A DNA stretch of 64,000 nucleotides from Eledone cirrhosa (GCA_964016885.1 OZ024755.1:3286001-3350000), one strand, 5' to 3'; shown: positions 36,693-50,634, counted from the stretch's first letter. A program made the numbers and translations. Notes: generated from the letters alone by a model not told the origin.

Positions 36693-36938
36693 ATATATAT
36701 ATATATAAAAACACACAGTCCACACTGTAATGTGGCCTTGTAGGTGACATGGTAAAAGGTTCCCAGTTCCACACTGTAAATGTGGTTGGTGTTAGGAAGG
36801 GCATCCAGCCGTAGAAAACCTGTCAGATAGTCCTATATGAACGAGACACAGTCAACCGACCAACCTTACCTCAAGTGGGACAACTCACGTCTAACCCATG
36901 TTAGCGTGGAAGATGGACGTTAAACGATGATGATGATG

Positions 36939-36976
<38 letters not shown>

Positions 36977-37713
36977 CGAAGGAAATGTGGTAAGGAACCA
37001 GGTGGACCATAACGCACCAAAGTACTCAATACTTAGGGTAGTAGAGTGGGTAATAGGAACGGGTAGGACCCCGACGGCTGAGCTCAAGCCGTTTCGACGG
37101 TTAATTCTGGACTAATTCTGTAGTCCAGAATTAACCGTCGAAATGGCTTGAGCTCAGCCGTCGGGGTCCTACCCGTTCCTATATATATACATATATATGT
37201 GTGTGTGTTTGTGTGTGTGTGTATGTGTTATACAGTGTTTGTCATTATTCCCAGACCATGGTTTCATGTTATCATCCAGGGATTTATACACAGCAAGTAT
37301 GGCAATAGTTGAAACAGCAAATAACATTCCACTGACGATAGCTGTGACCAAAGACCTGAACAGGAACCAATGGGGTTGGAAGTAACTTTTACTGTCCTCG
37401 CTTTAAATCTACTTTGGTGCATCAGCTGCTTATTTCTATGTCAGCTATTTTGCACAAAATATGTTGGACCTTAGTTGGATGTTTCAATAATTAATGGAAC
37501 AGCCTACTCGTGAAATTAATATGTAGGTGGCTGAGCATTCTCCCAATGCACACATTTGAAATTGCAAGAGCTCAGCCACTGGGCAATGACTCCCTACTAC
37601 TATTACTACACACACACAGCCATATCTGTGTTGCTCTTTATATACATATATATGTATATAACTACACATATACAATTACAGACACACACACACACACACA
37701 TATATGCAATTAT

Positions 37714-37754
<41 letters not shown>

Positions 37755-38531
37755 GCCATATCTGTGTTGCTGTATATATATACATATACACATAACTATA
37801 AAAGTAGTTGACATTGTTTACTGACAGCCAAAAGAAAATTCAATAAATAAACAAACAATGTAACAAAAGAAAAGAATAAATTATAAAAGAAAAAAAAAAT
37901 CCCAAAACAAAAGAGAATGAATCTTGGAACATGAAGTAAGATATGTGAAGGCCATGTCCACCTTGGAATGATGTAAGTACTTGGTTGTATAGTATGAGGT
38001 AGACAACACAAAATATGAAGAAATAGTAATAATTATTATTATTATTATTATTATTATGAAGGGCAATGAGGCCGATTGGCAAAATCGGTAGAGCATCAGA
38101 CAACATCAGAATTAGAATCGATTGACAAGATCCCAGATCTCATTCGCTTACCAACCAGGGTGGAGCTTGTCAAATCGGACCAAGGAAGCAATGTTTCCAT
38201 TGGTTGATAAAGAAAGTACCAACCTATTACCAGTACAGCCCTCTCTCTCCCATGAACTGTAGCAATCTGACTATTCTAGAGGGTTAAAGGTCTTAGTGTT
38301 GTGACTATATTATATCTATGTCTGCACAACAACATGGGCACCTAAAAGTGAATGTGAGAGGACTGCAGTTGGCTGGGTCAATGGATTTGCTCTCCTTAGT
38401 AATGGGACACACTGTATGTAGGTTTAATGTTAGACCATTCGTTCTTGCCAATGACTCATAGGTTTAGTGAGGGAAAGAGTGATGCATTCCTTTTGCTCTA
38501 CAGAATAAAAGGGTAAAGATGACGGTCTTAA

Positions 38532-38744
38532 CCCTTTAGCATTTAAACCGGCCATATCTGGCCAGAATTCTCTCACCTCTTTCTGTTCAAACTGGCCACT
38601 CATACTGATGTTAAGGTATTTTTCTCAAAATAAATAACATAAAAATCTCAGATTCGATATTATGTGAGATAATTATGTAAGATAAAGCCTCTAGCACAAA
38701 AATACAATAGTATATATATATAGAGTAATGTAAATGCTAAAGGG
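38532..38744 (+). mobile_element. piggyBac-type MITE M1, full-length
   Basis: TTAA-ccctttagcattt ... aaatgctaaaggg-TTAA. Confidence 0.85.
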
Positions 38745-39299
38745 TTAAAGTAAGAGAGAGAAACCACCTCTGGGATGGGATGCCAGTCTATTGCAGGCAA
38801 CTGTTCCTGTGGGTAAAACTGTATTTGGCACTGCAAACCAACAAATCAATCAGTTTTATTCTTCATTTCAACGCATTTTACTTACAGCTAGGTGGAGATG
38901 GCCGGGAAAGCTACTTGTCTTTGTTGCAGACATATCACAGTAGTATTGGTTGAATGATATCTACTGACTACCACTTGTAGTATGGTAGCCTCTTAACGTT
39001 GCCACCTCTGCAGTCACTGTGAGGCCTATAAGTGCAGAGAAACACTTACATAGAAACAGCAGCAACATCATTAGCTCCTAAACATTGTGCTGAGATACAC
39101 ACCACCACCACATATAAATGCAGAGGATGAGCGAGTGTTGTTCTCCGGCTAAGTCCACCTTGTCCCTTTTCATTGTCTCTATCAACAGAACCTACAGGTG
39201 TACAAGAACAGACTGGGCAACAGAAAATAAACCCCGGCATAAGTTGTTGTGATTCTCCACTAGGTGGAGGCACTGTATATCTGGGACAATGGACCTATA

Positions 39300-39560
39300 A
39301 ATCTAAAGTCTGTCTCGAGCCAGGAGGCCGGTGCTTATCCCGGTTTCTGTGGCATTAAGCAACTGAGAATACAAGAGCCCCTCCCCACCGCACCCTCGTC
39401 AAGACACCAGTCCATCACAGTGTTAAACCCTCAGCTATTACTGGTACTCATTTTCAGCTGAGTATACTGGAGCAATGTGAAATGAAGTGTTTTGCTCAAG
39501 ACTATGACACACAGCCCAGTCCAGGAATTGAACCCAAGTCCAACACACCACTAGGCCACA
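39300..39560 (-). mobile_element. SINE (CORE-like segment with a different 3' body)
   Basis: ctggtactcattttcagctgag..ctggagcaatgtgaaatgaagtgttttgctcaag..ggaattgaaccc is the reverse of a tRNA-head/CORE-like SINE. Confidence 0.55.
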
Positions 39561-39791
39561 CACCTCTACCTGTGAATCAACACACCACTAGGCCACACAC
39601 CTCTACCTGTGAATCAACACACCACTAGGCCACACACCTCTACCTATGAATCCGACTTAATTATTCAACTGACCACCAATAAAGAAATTTCTATGTAGTT
39701 GCTCGACCTAGTAAGGAAAAAAATAGGATGGTCAAATATGGAAGGGCTTTGGTTCATCATGACTGACGTTTGAATAAACAATGGATGTTAA

Positions 39792-39824
<33 letters not shown>

Positions 39825-40590
39825 TCTACCTATATGCCCTATGACTGCTGTATCAATAAGAAGAATACAAGAATATAATGGACAGAAGAGAAAATGTAAC
39901 CTTTCCAAGCCCCTTTATATTTGAAATGAAAAATGATATCGACAGCTTACACCTATACAGGTTTAGCTGGCCTCATATGAGCCCTAAACCCCTTTTTGTT
40001 TGAAATGAAAAATGGTATTCACAGCTTACACCAATGCAGGTTTAGCAGGCCTCATACACAGTTATATCTCTTGGAGGAGGTGTTTTGGAGTGTCTTAATA
40101 ACAGAGACCCCTATGGAAGGCAACATGAAGTGTCTTACTCAAAAACGTCTGTGTATCTGGTCCAGGAATCGAGCCCACAACCTTATGACTGTGAGATGAA
40201 CAATCTAACTACTAGGCCATGGTAAATTCATGTGTAATGAGGAGAGGTTTATTCAAGTGTTTATAGTAGGAACCCTCTCCGAAATGTAAAAAAAACTTAC
40301 CTTTATTCACGGTACATAAACTAATCTTATTCTATAAATTCTATTAGCTGTAGGAAGGTGTATATGTATATATATATATATATATACACACACACCTATA
40401 TAAGCATACACATACATAGACAAGCACAAACACACACACATATGCATGAACAAATACATAACCGTGTATAGTAACATTCACAAATGTACCTACATATATG
40501 TATGTGTGGACTTATATTTCCATACACACTCATCTTTACACACACACACTCGTATTCATATACATACTGGATTGCTTTGCTACACATCTG

Positions 40591-40700
<110 letters not shown>

Positions 40701-42054
40701 GTTTTATACATCTGTGATGTTGAAAAAGATAAAAAGACACCAAATTTGAATAAATAATTTTTTTTTCTATTCCATCAATTTTTCAACAAGGAAAAAATAG
40801 TAATAAATAAAACTCTGGAAAAAAAAAAAAATGCAGCAATACATACATGTGCATGTATGTACGTGTGTGGTGTACATATATGTGTATGTATGTATAACTT
40901 AAAACAATACACCTTCCTTTTTCTTCACTGAACATACACAACACACTCACAGTCACAAGAAGACAAGGCTCAGTTAAACTGACCCCAATTTAACAGATCA
41001 AATAATAATGGTTTCTAATTTAGGCACAAGGCTAATAATTAAATTGACCCCGAGTGCGTTACTGGTACTTTATTCTATCGACCCTGTAAGGATGAAAGGC
41101 AAAGTTAACCTCGGTGGGATTTGAACTTAGAACTTTATAATACCAATGTTTCTTTAATTACACTATCAGAAATTGATGTCAAAATTACATATTTTATTAT
41201 AATTAATCTAAGGTGCAGTATCTCATTAAATAAAGTATTTGTTTGTTTTTATATTAAAAACAATACAAAACTGGCCTCACTTTAATTAAATAATTGTTTC
41301 TACTTTTGGCACAAGGCCAGCAATTACTCCAATGTGTTACTGGTACTTTATTTTATCGACCCCTTAAGGATGAAAGGTAAAGTTAACCTTGGCGGGATTA
41401 ACTCAGAACGTAAAGGGCCGTAACTCTATGCTGCAAAGCATAGCGTTCGACCCTCTACCGATATTGCCAATCCACCGCTCTAATGGAGTCGTATTAATGG
41501 ACACAATTTTCCCAGTAACAGTCCGTTAAATCGAGGATTCATTGCATGAGAACCTAATATAACTGTAACAAATACCTCGTGTTTTGTTTGTCCGTTTTTC
41601 AACTATATATATAAAACTGAATATCAGGTTACACATACAACCCCCCCCCCCCCCTAAACACACACATTATCTTGACACCATTACAGCAGAGTTACGTCCC
41701 TTACACGATTCTTCAGCGTTCAAGGTGGGTTATTTTTTTTCCTCTCGCACGCGATTATCTCCCCTGTTCGTTCCAACCGTTCTTAAATGTAAGTCAGAGT
41801 CAGCTAGGCAGAGCAACACATTTTGAGAATTAAGGGGTGAACTTAAAGGGTAAAGGCTGCCAAAAAGGAATGGACCTTAGAAACAAAAGAAAGATCACAG
41901 AATAATGCAACAGGTGAAACACAGTTCAAGCATGTAGTTCCAACATATTCCATAATGATGAGGAATTTGTAAACGTTTTTTGTTTCTTTTTCAAAGGATA
42001 GGATATGTTATTTTGTCACTTTTATATTTTCACATACACATTATATATATATAT

Positions 42055-42245
42055 GGTTGACGGCTGAGAGAAAACAGTACTCAATACCGAAGTAGAGTTT
42101 AAATATTCATTTTATTAAGGCTAAATAGTGAGTCTTGTTACTTTGGAATTTGCCTGTTTATCACAGGGTCATAATTTGTCTGATGACCCTGGATTAACAG
42201 AAGAAACTCCAGAGTAACAAGACTCACTATTTAGCCTTAATAAAA

Positions 42246-42252
<7 letters not shown>
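42055..42252 (-). mobile_element. Palindromic (TA)n-inserted element family D with hammerhead
   Basis: cagtactcaatac tail (antisense), ~70-bp inverted arms, (TA)n on both sides. Confidence 0.78.
42175..42221 (+). ncRNA. Type I hammerhead ribozyme motif
   Basis: tttgt-CUGAUGA-ccctg..cagaa-GAAA-ctccagag-UA-acaag. Confidence 0.7.
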
Positions 42253-42320
<68 letters not shown>

Positions 42321-42806
42321 TGTGTTTTTGGTTTGCAAAGTTTAATTTTAAATGATGACACAGCTTCACTATAACAATATTTTGTGTGTGTGTAGTTGTG
42401 TGTATAACACCAATATTGTGAGTGGTGAAAGCATATGTGGTTGTGTGGTTTGTGTGTGTGTGTGTGTGTTTGTGTACAAAAGATACAAAGATCAATGTTA
42501 GAGGGAGAGAAACGATATTCCTTTTCTTTGTTTGGTTTTTGGGGAGACAGGGATTTAAAGTATCATTTCAGAAAGATCAACAATGTGGGTGGGGAGGCAG
42601 GGAAAACACCGCTGCCCCAATCCCATGGTAGAAAATATTGTTTTATTTGTTATTCTTTTTCTTCTTTCCTTCCCATAAGCCATTTCAGAATTAATATCAC
42701 ATATATCTAAACTTCTCTCATTATACACGTACACACACTGTGTAAGTGGTCCACACCTGGTCGAAATTATAAAAAAAATAAAGAAGCCCTATAGCCCTAG
42801 ATGTTT

Positions 42807-44804
42807 TTAACCAAGGTTAAGTGGTGCAGGGGTCAAGAGTTCTGTATCTAAATTAGAATCTAGAGGTTTTTCAGTTGGAGTTAGTTCCATCACAGCCATC
42901 AGCTTCTCCTTGGAATAAGGTTTTTCACTTTTCGTTTTACTGCAATCTTTCTCAATTGAGTCGAGAGCATCTTCAATATCTTCCCGGCTACCTTCTCCAC
43001 TTCCTGGTGTCGGCTCAGTGTTAGACGTATTACCCATATTGGAAGTTAACCCTCCAAACGGACTGGCCATCATGTCTGACATTGTCATTAGAGCAGAACT
43101 GAACTCACTGCCACCCAGTGAAGGTGATGGTGGTAAGAGAGATAAAGAAGTTGGAAACAGCAATCCATTGTTATTTTGGTTTGTCACGCTCTCAGTCGTT
43201 GACGATTCAGTGTTGGTTGTGGTCTTGTTGAGTGGATTCACCGGTTGACCAGTGGTTGAATGAGCTTTCACATGTGTCCAGAGCTGGCTAGAACGGAGAA
43301 ATTCTTTGCCACAAAAATTGCACTTGAACATTCTTGTTGTGTTTGCCGGTGTGCAGCTACCAGCAACAATACCATGGCCACTACATCCATTTTTATCAAA
43401 AGGATTGCATTTGTTGGCCAAAGGCCCTATTACATCGACATTGATATCCACTACAGCCCCATGTTGTTGCCGTAGGTGAGTTGTCAAACTATAAGACTGG
43501 GAAAAGCATTTTTTACGGTCCTCAGGACAATAAGGACATTGGTACGGCCTCTCACCGGAATGAACTCTCATATGTTTTGTCAAGTTCCCAGACTGTGCAA
43601 ATGTTTTTTTGCATACTAAGCATGTATATGGTCTCTCTCCTGTGTGCACTTTGATATGTTCCTTTAAATGACTGGCCTGGGCAAATGTCTTTTTGCAATC
43701 TGTACACTTGTAATGTTTCTCTCGTGTATGAACAGTCATGTGTGTGGAGAGATAGTTAGCGCGAGAGAAGGTTTTCAAACAATATTGACATTCAAATGGT
43801 TTCTCTCCAGTGTGAATACGAAGATGAACAACTAGTGAGTTTGACTGAGAGAATGATTTTTGACAAAAATCACATTCATACGGACGCTCCCCAGTGTGAA
43901 TTCTCAAGTGCTTCGTCAAGTTGCCTGACAATGAGAAGGACTTTTGGCAGAAATCACATGTATAAGGTTTCTCTCCAGTATGAATCTTTAAGTGACCATT
44001 CAAATGCCCGCTTTGAGAAAATCGTTTTTGACAGAACTTGCATTCAAATGGCTTCTCTTCAGTGTGGACTCGCAGGTGAGTTATTAAATAACTGGTCCGT
44101 GAAAACAGTTTGAGACAGTAAGGGCATTCATATGGCTTTTCCTCAGTGTGAATTCGTAGATGAGATGACAGCGTGCCTGACTGGGAAAAGGATTTTTGAC
44201 AGTAACTACATACAAACGGTCTTTCTCCGGTGTGAGTTCTCAAGTGAATTGTCAAGTGACCACTCTGTGAAAACGTCTTGGGACAAAACTTACACTGGTA
44301 AGGCTTCACACCAGTGTGTGTCCGAAGGTGTTCATTAAAGTGACCAGAATGAGAAAAATGTTTCAAACAGAATTTACACTCAAACATTCCTGAACCACTG
44401 CCACTACTGCTTCTGTTGTTTTTATTGTTGTTGTTATCTTTTATGTTGTCTTGGTTGTCTTCACTACAACTATTAGTTGTGGCCTCATTTAATATAGTTG
44501 ATTGTTCCATTTTCCCATTGTTATTATTGTTGTTGTTGTTCATATTGTTACTGTTGTTATTATTGTTGTTATTGCTGCTACTGCTGCTGCTGCTGTTGTT
44601 GCTACTGCTGATATTGTTATTGTCATTAGTATTGGTAAATTCTTGGTTTTCAAAAAGAAAAGACTCAATGCCAGGAGATTTGGGGACACTAGCGAGAGCA
44701 TTACCATCTGCCTGGAATGGCATTGCTGCTGAGAGAACTGGCAGTTTTTCTACCGAATGTGTTAGCATCGATGGCAAAACTGGCAATTTTTCAACAGAAT
44801 GCAT
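42807..44804 (-). CDS. C2H2 zinc-finger protein, 665 aa, 12 fingers, poly-N/S N-terminus; single coding exon
   Basis: Intact ORF with TGEKP/TGERP linkers; in-frame stop just upstream of the ATG; possible 5' UTR acceptor at 44984-44985. Confidence 0.95.
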   Translation of the reverse strand: MHSVEKLPVLPSMLTHSVEKLPVLSAAMPFQADGNALASVPKSPGIESFLFENQEFTNTNDNNNISSSNNSSSSSSSNNNNNNNSNNMNNNNNNNNGKMEQSTILNEATTNSCSEDNQDNIKDNNNNKNNRSSSGSGSGMFECKFCLKHFSHSGHFNEHLRTHTGVKPYQCKFCPKTFSQSGHLTIHLRTHTGERPFVCSYCQKSFSQSGTLSSHLRIHTEEKPYECPYCLKLFSRTSYLITHLRVHTEEKPFECKFCQKRFSQSGHLNGHLKIHTGEKPYTCDFCQKSFSLSGNLTKHLRIHTGERPYECDFCQKSFSQSNSLVVHLRIHTGEKPFECQYCLKTFSRANYLSTHMTVHTREKHYKCTDCKKTFAQASHLKEHIKVHTGERPYTCLVCKKTFAQSGNLTKHMRVHSGERPYQCPYCPEDRKKCFSQSYSLTTHLRQQHGAVVDINVDVIGPLANKCNPFDKNGCSGHGIVAGSCTPANTTRMFKCNFCGKEFLRSSQLWTHVKAHSTTGQPVNPLNKTTTNTESSTTESVTNQNNNGLLFPTSLSLLPPSPSLGGSEFSSALMTMSDMMASPFGGLTSNMGNTSNTEPTPGSGEGSREDIEDALDSIEKDCSKTKSEKPYSKEKLMAVMELTPTEKPLDSNLDTELLTPAPLNLG

Positions 44805-45759
44805 CCTTTCTCATTAAATTTCAAAAGCCCCTTCTTCTTCCAGTGTTCAATGTATTTCAGTAGCAGGTGAAGGCTCTTATTTGACAATTCATTGCTCAGG
44901 AGGGTCCTTGGTATTTAGAGCTTTCAAGATATTTAGACATTTTATCAACTTTAACATTTCTATTTGGAGGTTAAAGAAAACACCTGAATTTGATATAAAT
45001 ACACATGGTAATAACATGAAGATTGTTAGAATAAGGGGTTTGTTTGTTTGTTTGTTTGTTTGATTTTCTGGATAGTAGAATGTTCTAACACATCACATGA
45101 GAAAGGAGAACAAACAATATAACAGTGATGAAAGCTAATGAAACTTTAAAGTTTTTTGAAAAGTTATTTCAAGTTCACCTTATTTCCCACTAATACATTA
45201 ACTTTCAGTTTCTTTATCATTAAAAGAAATCTCCTTGGATTGGATGCTTATAAGTATATAGCTTAGAGTACATTATATATATTTATATACACATAACTTC
45301 ACAGGATATTGGGCCAAAGTATATATATGTATATGTAATATATTTATATGTAACCTCACAAGTTAGGTTAGACCAAAAGTAAACACACACACACACAAAC
45401 ACCTATATATAACACACACAACTTTTAAAGAATTATCACAGATTATTTAAAACTATGAATATATATGTAACAAAATTCAAAAATAACTCACTAACATTTC
45501 AATAATAAAAAGAAATAATTTTTTTTTAAAATATAACAATGAAAAAATTATAGGGTGAAAGGAGAAAAAAAAATGAATAAAAAAATATTTTTCATTTTTT
45601 TTCTTTTCTTGTTTTAAAATGGGGGATAAAATGGCAGACGGGGTCCCTAAAAAACAACAACAAAACTGGAGATAAAATGAAAAAAAAAAAATCAAAGATA
45701 TAGGCACAGAAAATAAAATAGAAATGAAACCCCCATTACTACATATATATTAAATTATC

Positions 45760-45791
<32 letters not shown>

Positions 45792-46907
45792 TATTGTCTT
45801 CTCAGTGGTAAGAAAAATGAAATTATTATAAGGGTGGGAGGAGGAGGGTAAACGGTGGGGAGGAAATGGGGGTTGAGTATAATCAAAAGCTAAGAAGATG
45901 GTGGCTTAGAAAAAAAGTAGGGAGTTGGAGGTGATATTGAAGTTTGGTAGAAACACAGGAACAGAAATAGTGATAATTCTTGGAGAATAGTTCTGAAGAA
46001 TAGTTTTGACATTGGTAATGTCTTTGTTTGTATACATATATATATATATACATATATACACGCACATATATATATATATATATATATATGTGTGAGTATA
46101 TATTTGTGTATGTGTATATATATATATATGTTAGTATATATTTGTGTATGTATATATATATATAAGTGTGTATATGTATGTATATATTTATATATGTAAA
46201 TGTATATATATATATGTATGTGTATATATATATATATATTCAAGGAATACTTCTCCAAAACATGTTTAGATATCTGTCACATCATACACGTGTGAGTGCG
46301 CGTATGAAGGAAGTGAATGCATTTAATCACAGTTTGCAGTTGACACTATGATGACTGCACATTTCAATAACAGTGCAACTAGCTGGACATAAGTTCTTGC
46401 AGATGAAGGAAAGAGTTAATATGCAGCCAGCTCCCAGCTAAAACTTGCATCAGACATTCCAACAAGATGGCCAAGCAAAAGTCAATTATTTTTTTGTTCT
46501 CTTTTAATTAGGGTAGGGAATTTTCTTCTTTATGAAATAATCTTTTTAAAGTTTCATATTTGTGGCATCAGCAAATAAAATGCTCAGAATATCTGGCTTT
46601 TATTTTTTATTTTCTATTTTTTTTTTGTAGTTGGTTTTGTTATGTTTATATATATATTTTTTTTGTAAATATTCCTCAAGCCGCATTGGTGAGTTTTGTT
46701 TGTTTGTTTGTCGTATTTTTTTCCTCTTTTATATTTTGTTTGTTTAAATCAACCAATCAAACAGCAGCCACTGACCTGACCAACCAACCAGGAAGGAATT
46801 CCAACCTAAAACAAGACGAACATTAAAGTATTTCTACGTGGAAAAAAACATTATGTAAAGTTGCTATATATATATATATATATTATATATACACATATAT
46901 ATACATT

Positions 46908-46940
<33 letters not shown>

Positions 46941-47571
46941 CACATATATATACATTTATATATATATTTATATATACATATATATGTATATTTATATATA
47001 TATATATATGTATGTATATATATAGTTTTGGAGAGAAAAAATATTAACCTTTAGCGTGCTGCCAGCAACTGTTGTTACTGCATCAAAAATATATATATTT
47101 GTTATTATATTATGGGAGGATATTGTAGTTTGCTTGAAGCATTGTGGAAAGTATAGAAAGCAGGGTTTCAGAAGGCTACAACAGTGTAAAAAGGACATTA
47201 AATATATTCTTTTAAAATGATAACAAAGTTGTAGGAACATATTTCCTGGGAAATATTTAATTCAATTAAACATTATCATTAAATATTTCTACAGTACTAT
47301 TACAATAACTTTGTTATTGGTATTTTTAAAATTCAAAGTCCTATTTCCATTGTTGTAACCCTCAAAACATTCGTTTCTATTTATATTAAACTATATTGCC
47401 ATATATTAATGCAGTATTGTTATTTTATATTATAAAAATGTCTGTGCCCCTTTCTACTGCGCTTGATAATATAATATCTATTATCTTTTTATTTTCAAGT
47501 GATTAAGTTTTTTTTTTTAACAAGGCTGCAAAATTACTAATTACTATTAAAATAGAGGTGTATCTGTAAAA

Positions 47572-47612
<41 letters not shown>

Positions 47613-48043
47613 TATACACATAAACTTTATTAAGCCAGCACGCTAAAAATTAATAAAATAGATAATTTGTTACGTTTTGTTTTGTAATTGTTTTTTTAGT
47701 TGTTTTTTTAAATTAAATTAACACTGAATTAGGAAAAGAAATAATAAAGAGAAGAAATAAATAAATAGATAAATTAATAATAATAATAATGATTTCTAGT
47801 ATAGGCACAAGGCCAGTAATTTGGGGGGAGGGGAATGTCGATTAAATCGACCCCAGTGTATTACTGGTACTTTATTCTATTGACCCCATAAGGATGAAAG
47901 GCAAAGCTAACCTTGGTGGGATTAGAATTCATAAGGTAAAGAGCCGTAACTCTATGCCGCTAAGCATGTTGTCCAACGCTCTACCGATTCTGCCAATCCA
48001 CCGCCCTTATAATAATAATAATAACAATAACAACAACAACAAC

Positions 48044-48541
48044 GTGGCAATCCTCTGGGATTTCCCTGTGAACACCGACAGAACGATCAAGGCCAATAGA
48101 GCTGATATTGTGAAGAACCATAAAGAGAAAACATGTTTCTTAATTGACACCAGCATTCCATCAGATCGTAACATCTCAAAAGAGTTCTGAAAGATCAGTA
48201 AATATAAAGATCTGACAATTGAAATTGAGAAAATGTGGCACCTTAAAGCAGTGTTAGTCGGTGCACTTGGAATGATAAAAAAAGGGGAACTTAAAAATAT
48301 TTGGACCAGATACCTGGAAAGCCTTCTCTGCAAGAGATACAAAAAATAGTGCTGACTGGCACTATCCATGTACTAAGGGGACTATCAATTTAAATACTTG
48401 CAAAGACATTTACTGTTGTCTATGCCTTCATGGTATCATTTAGTTGTTAAATGTGTGTATTACCAATTTTTGCCTCTTCAGGTGTCAAGTTGACACTTGG
48501 CAAGATATTGGAAAGAAGCAGAATTCAAAGGAAGTTTCAAA
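48044..48541 (+). mobile_element. 3' fragment of an RLE-type non-LTR retrotransposon (R4/Dong-like)
   Basis: Translates to ILWDFPVNTDRTIKANRADIV...LIDTSIPSDRN...KISKYKDL..EIEKMW...VGALG (PD-(D/E)xK endonuclease region); flanked by (TAA)/(CAA) and (TGA) triplet repeats. Confidence 0.8.
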
Positions 48542-48772
48542 TAATGATGATGATGATGATTTCTAACATAGGTACAGGTTCACAACACTTAGGAAAGAGG
48601 GTATAGACAATTGAATTGACACCAGTACATCACTGGTACTTATATTATCAACTTCAGAACGATGAAGAGCAAAGTCAAAATCTGAAGGACTTGAGCTCAA
48701 AATGTAAAAATGACAAAAATAAATACAACAAAACATATTGTCTGGGACTCTACCAATTTTACTATCCACTGA

Positions 48773-48823
<51 letters not shown>

Positions 48824-50599
48824 CATGCGTGTATATATAGAAATGAAGAACCTCTCAATACATGAAATATAAAATATATAAATGTGCTGACAGAGTATAG
48901 AAGACAATGGCAATAAGTCCAAGATAATAAGGGCATCTGAATTAAATGGCTCACAGTAATCAACTATTCCAGTTCACCTATTTATATATAGCATGAGTAT
49001 CATCAACGTGGCCTTTTAATCCTGCTCGGGACTTGCCTATGGCCAGCAAAACCATGCATCGCAGAAAAATGTCACATATCAAGCGATGCCTGTGCTTGAA
49101 GCTTCTTTAAGTGAGGAAAGGCTTTGCACGGGGCCAATCCCACTCTCTGAACATCGAATGCATTTGCCCCAAAAGAAGAACTGGCAAACGAAGTCACAGG
49201 TTTGTGGAGCGAGAGACTCCTAGTCTTCATTAAGACATCTCTCTAGGCATCCAGCCAAAAACAATTCTACATGTGCAAGACACAGTCACCTAACCCGACT
49301 TGCCTCTAATGGGACAACCCGTCTAACCCATGCTAGCGTGGAAAATAGACGTTAAACGATGATGAAGATATATACACACACACACACACATAAATAAAGG
49401 CACAATGTGCGACAAGACTGCCCCCTTTAAATTACAGCTAAGTGAACTGGAGCAACGTGAAATAAAGTGACTTGCTTAAGGACACAACGTGCTGCCAGGA
49501 ATAGATCTTACGACTTTACGATCGTGAGCTTGAATACCCTAACCACAAAGCCACGCGCCTTCACAATACACACACACACAGTTCTAATAACTCAATAGAA
49601 TTAATGTTTACAATTTGACAAACTAGTGAAGGTGCAAGGACAATAACCAACACACACGTTATGACATGTTCTTACTGACGCTAAAATCACTTTCCAGTAG
49701 AGTGTCACAACTAACTTGAGAACGCTACCACTGAATTATCGCCCTTTAACGATCCTGTCACTAACTATATATTTACTGTGTATTTTATTTTACTTTCATT
49801 ATTGAATCATTCTTACAGAATGAAAATATAAACACAAATAATAAATACAATTAATTATTGCTAGGAACCTTATAAATATGATACACAAAAATATATAATC
49901 AAAGCGAGAGAAAAGACTCTTTTCAGAGTCGAGTGAGGGTTGAGTGATGGTTGAGTGAACATAGTCACCATTCCAGTTCAATGCAATGTAGCAGGCCTAA
50001 CACACCACCTGATCTAACATCAGTACCTGGTCCTTGGGTATTAAAAGCAGAGTTTATTTATAAGCAATCGTCCAGACCAGATTCCCGACACTCTCCTTAC
50101 CCTCAACAAGAACTGAGAGAGGCACTAAATCAGAGGTAGGTGACGTTTTAAAGTACCCCAGGGGTAAATTCTAAGTAAATAAACAACTGTAAGGGTGAAG
50201 CAATTATGCTGAGAAAAATTATGTTTATTTAATTTAACAAATTGATAAACATTCAACTTGAATTACTGTTTATATCTCAAGATTTATACCACAATTCCTC
50301 CATAAATTAAATAAATGGGAAATAAAATTGGATTGTGTTGGCAAATTAACAATGAATTTAAAAAAAAAAGAAGGGTTTTGATAGGTTTCAATTCAAATTT
50401 TAGTCCCTTTTTTTAAAGGATCCAATAGTTCTATTAATGTATTTTCCACATTAGTTCAGGGGAACAAGAATTATCAATTTGAATCGAAGAAACTCCAAAC
50501 AATAAATGTGTGTGCGCAAAAAGTAAACGAAAAAAACAACAGACAAAGTACAGTATATATATATATATTATAGTTTCATGCTTAACATAGTAGGAAAAG

Positions 50600-50634
50600 T
50601 CTTAATGTTTCGGACACTAGTCATTCATCAGAAA
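50600..50634 (-). ncRNA. Minimal Penelope-type hammerhead-like motif (degenerate)
   Basis: Reverse complement reads ttt-CUGAUGA-atgactagtgtcc-GAAA-cattaag, next to (TA)n. Confidence 0.45.

Noticed and set aside
40295-40300. Minus-strand AG|GTAAGT donor as a ZNF 5' UTR exon end
   Set aside because: It is a single motif without a supporting acceptor or promoter signal and is expected by chance in 64 kb.
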